Positions 62,757 to 64,000 of a DNA stretch of 64,000 nucleotides are shown here, one piece after another. The stretch's first letter is position 1; each line of letters starts with the position of its first letter. The notes under the pieces were generated by a model. It was given only the letters and a program-made list of their open reading frames with translations. It made no database searches and had not been told where the DNA came from. The DNA is from Takakia lepidozioides (taxonomy: Eukaryota > Plantae > Bryophyta): contig CM060732.1 in assembly GCA_030704615.1 (NCBI GenBank), forward strand, positions 39,742,001 through 39,806,000. The letters are read 5' to 3'. Made by a program: the position numbers and the translations under genes.

Positions 62757-63619
62757 CAAACGACCACAGCTAGTGTTGGTTGCGATTGGTGACTTCAACC
62801 CTCCTACATTCTTGCATCTGCGACTTTTTGGTAGTCACTGACATTCCTTGCACCTGGCTACACTTTCAGTTTTAAGAAGTATTTGGAGTTACAATGAACT
62901 CACGAATGTTCGGCTGCAGTTGTGCTCACCATCATGGAAGCCTTTGTTGAAAAATTTCACTTCCCCTTTTTGTTAGAGCTCGAAACATCGTGTCACTCTG
63001 ATTGTCTGTGTGTGTGTGTGTGCACGTGAGCCCAGAGTGGTGGAAGTGAACAGAGAAAATTTTCAGATTCCTTTAACATCTCAAAGCAAGACATATCCTT
63101 CAGAAACCAGTGGAGGAGATGAGGGCAAGATCAAAGTCTGCTGTGCTATTTCATAGCTTTTGATGAACGACTGGGACTCAGAGACTGAGTTAAAGGGCAT
63201 TGAGCACTAGGCTATTCAAACTAAGAGCAGGCTGCCTACATCTCTACACTAATTTAACTGGGCTAGGAAAGAGGGAAGCCCTGTAGTGGAAAGGATAGTG
63301 AGCACACTTCTCTCTCCATCAATGTACTCATATCACACCAGACTGGGGAAATTTGTGCCTCATTAATCATAGACATCTTTGCTGACACAGGATTATGTAT
63401 GACCTTCCGGTTTCTCTCTGTGGGGGTGTCATGGTGTGGGGCAATGTTCCCCTAGGTGTCTCCTAAGATGGAGGACCAGTCATGGCCAAAACCCACGTGT
63501 CTAAAGCAAGGAGCTCTTTTTGCCATTGTGCAGAGGTGGCCAGGGACTGGCTGGCATTTGAGGGATACAATGTGCTGGGTGGATACATGTCACCTTTTCA
63601 TGATGCCCATAACAAGAAG
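62757..63619 (+). CDS. NMNAT: Nicotinamide/nicotinate mononucleotide adenylyltransferase-like exons (partial; continues beyond the window)
   Basis: Exon 62757-62830 KRPQLVLVAIGDFNPPTFLHLRLF and exon 63534-63619 EVARDWLAFEGYNVLGGYMSPFHDAHNKK join in frame and match plant NMNAT GSFNPPT..H and GGYMSPVNDAY motifs. Confidence 0.85.
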
Positions 63620-64000
63620 GTGACCAGTTTACCAACTCCAGTTGCAAGAGAGAGCAGAAAGATAGACTGGAAGTACAATTGGATCATGCTTGCAGTAGCC
63701 TTGAGACCTAGCTCACCAACATTTATGAAGGCACTTGCACAGCCCACAACTATACAAACACAGTAACTTGAGTGTGAATGGGATTGATTCACAGTTGAAA
63801 GCATGAGATTGACTGTGGCACAGCCCCTTTAGCCCACTAGGGTGCAGCAGAGGGGACACATGTCAGTGTGGTTGCACTGCCAGTCATATTAAAAAGGCAG
63901 AATAGACATGAGACAGACAGACAGACAGCATGAAGGTGTGGGCTGAAGTGTGGACATTTGGGGCCAAGGGTTTAGCTCCTGCAGAGCACCGCGTCAAGTT

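Overview
Nuclear DNA from a land plant, probably a non-seed plant (inferred from gene content and style, not proven). The first ~13 kb is nested transposon debris: a stop-disabled hAT (ZNF862-like) element with an 8-bp TSD sitting inside a TTAA-flanked MITE, then two oppositely oriented Ty3/Gypsy LTR remnants. The rest is gene-rich. It holds a UBL-SAYSvFN gene head-to-head with a polycistronic snoRNA cluster (snoR77Y-, snoR2-, U49- and snoR37-like, plus one unassigned H/ACA), an EDA30-type O-fucosyltransferase, an L1 remnant, an ATL RING-H2 ligase and a second TTAA MITE. It also holds a 15-exon dihydroxy-acid dehydratase head-to-head with RPL13a, a PLS-E-DYW PPR gene preceded by OSB-type PDF-motif exons, and a trihelix ORF directly upstream of NMNAT exons that run off the window end. 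The strongest candidates for undescribed biology are: (1) a non-LTR retrotransposon family that repeatedly inserts at (CT)n microsatellites, with TSDs visible; (2) a phase-compatible fusion of a PDF ssDNA-binding motif to a PPR-DYW editing factor; (3) a possible trihelix-NMNAT chimeric gene; (4) piggyBac-like TTAA MITEs in a plant. All homology calls are from motif recognition by eye; no searches were run.
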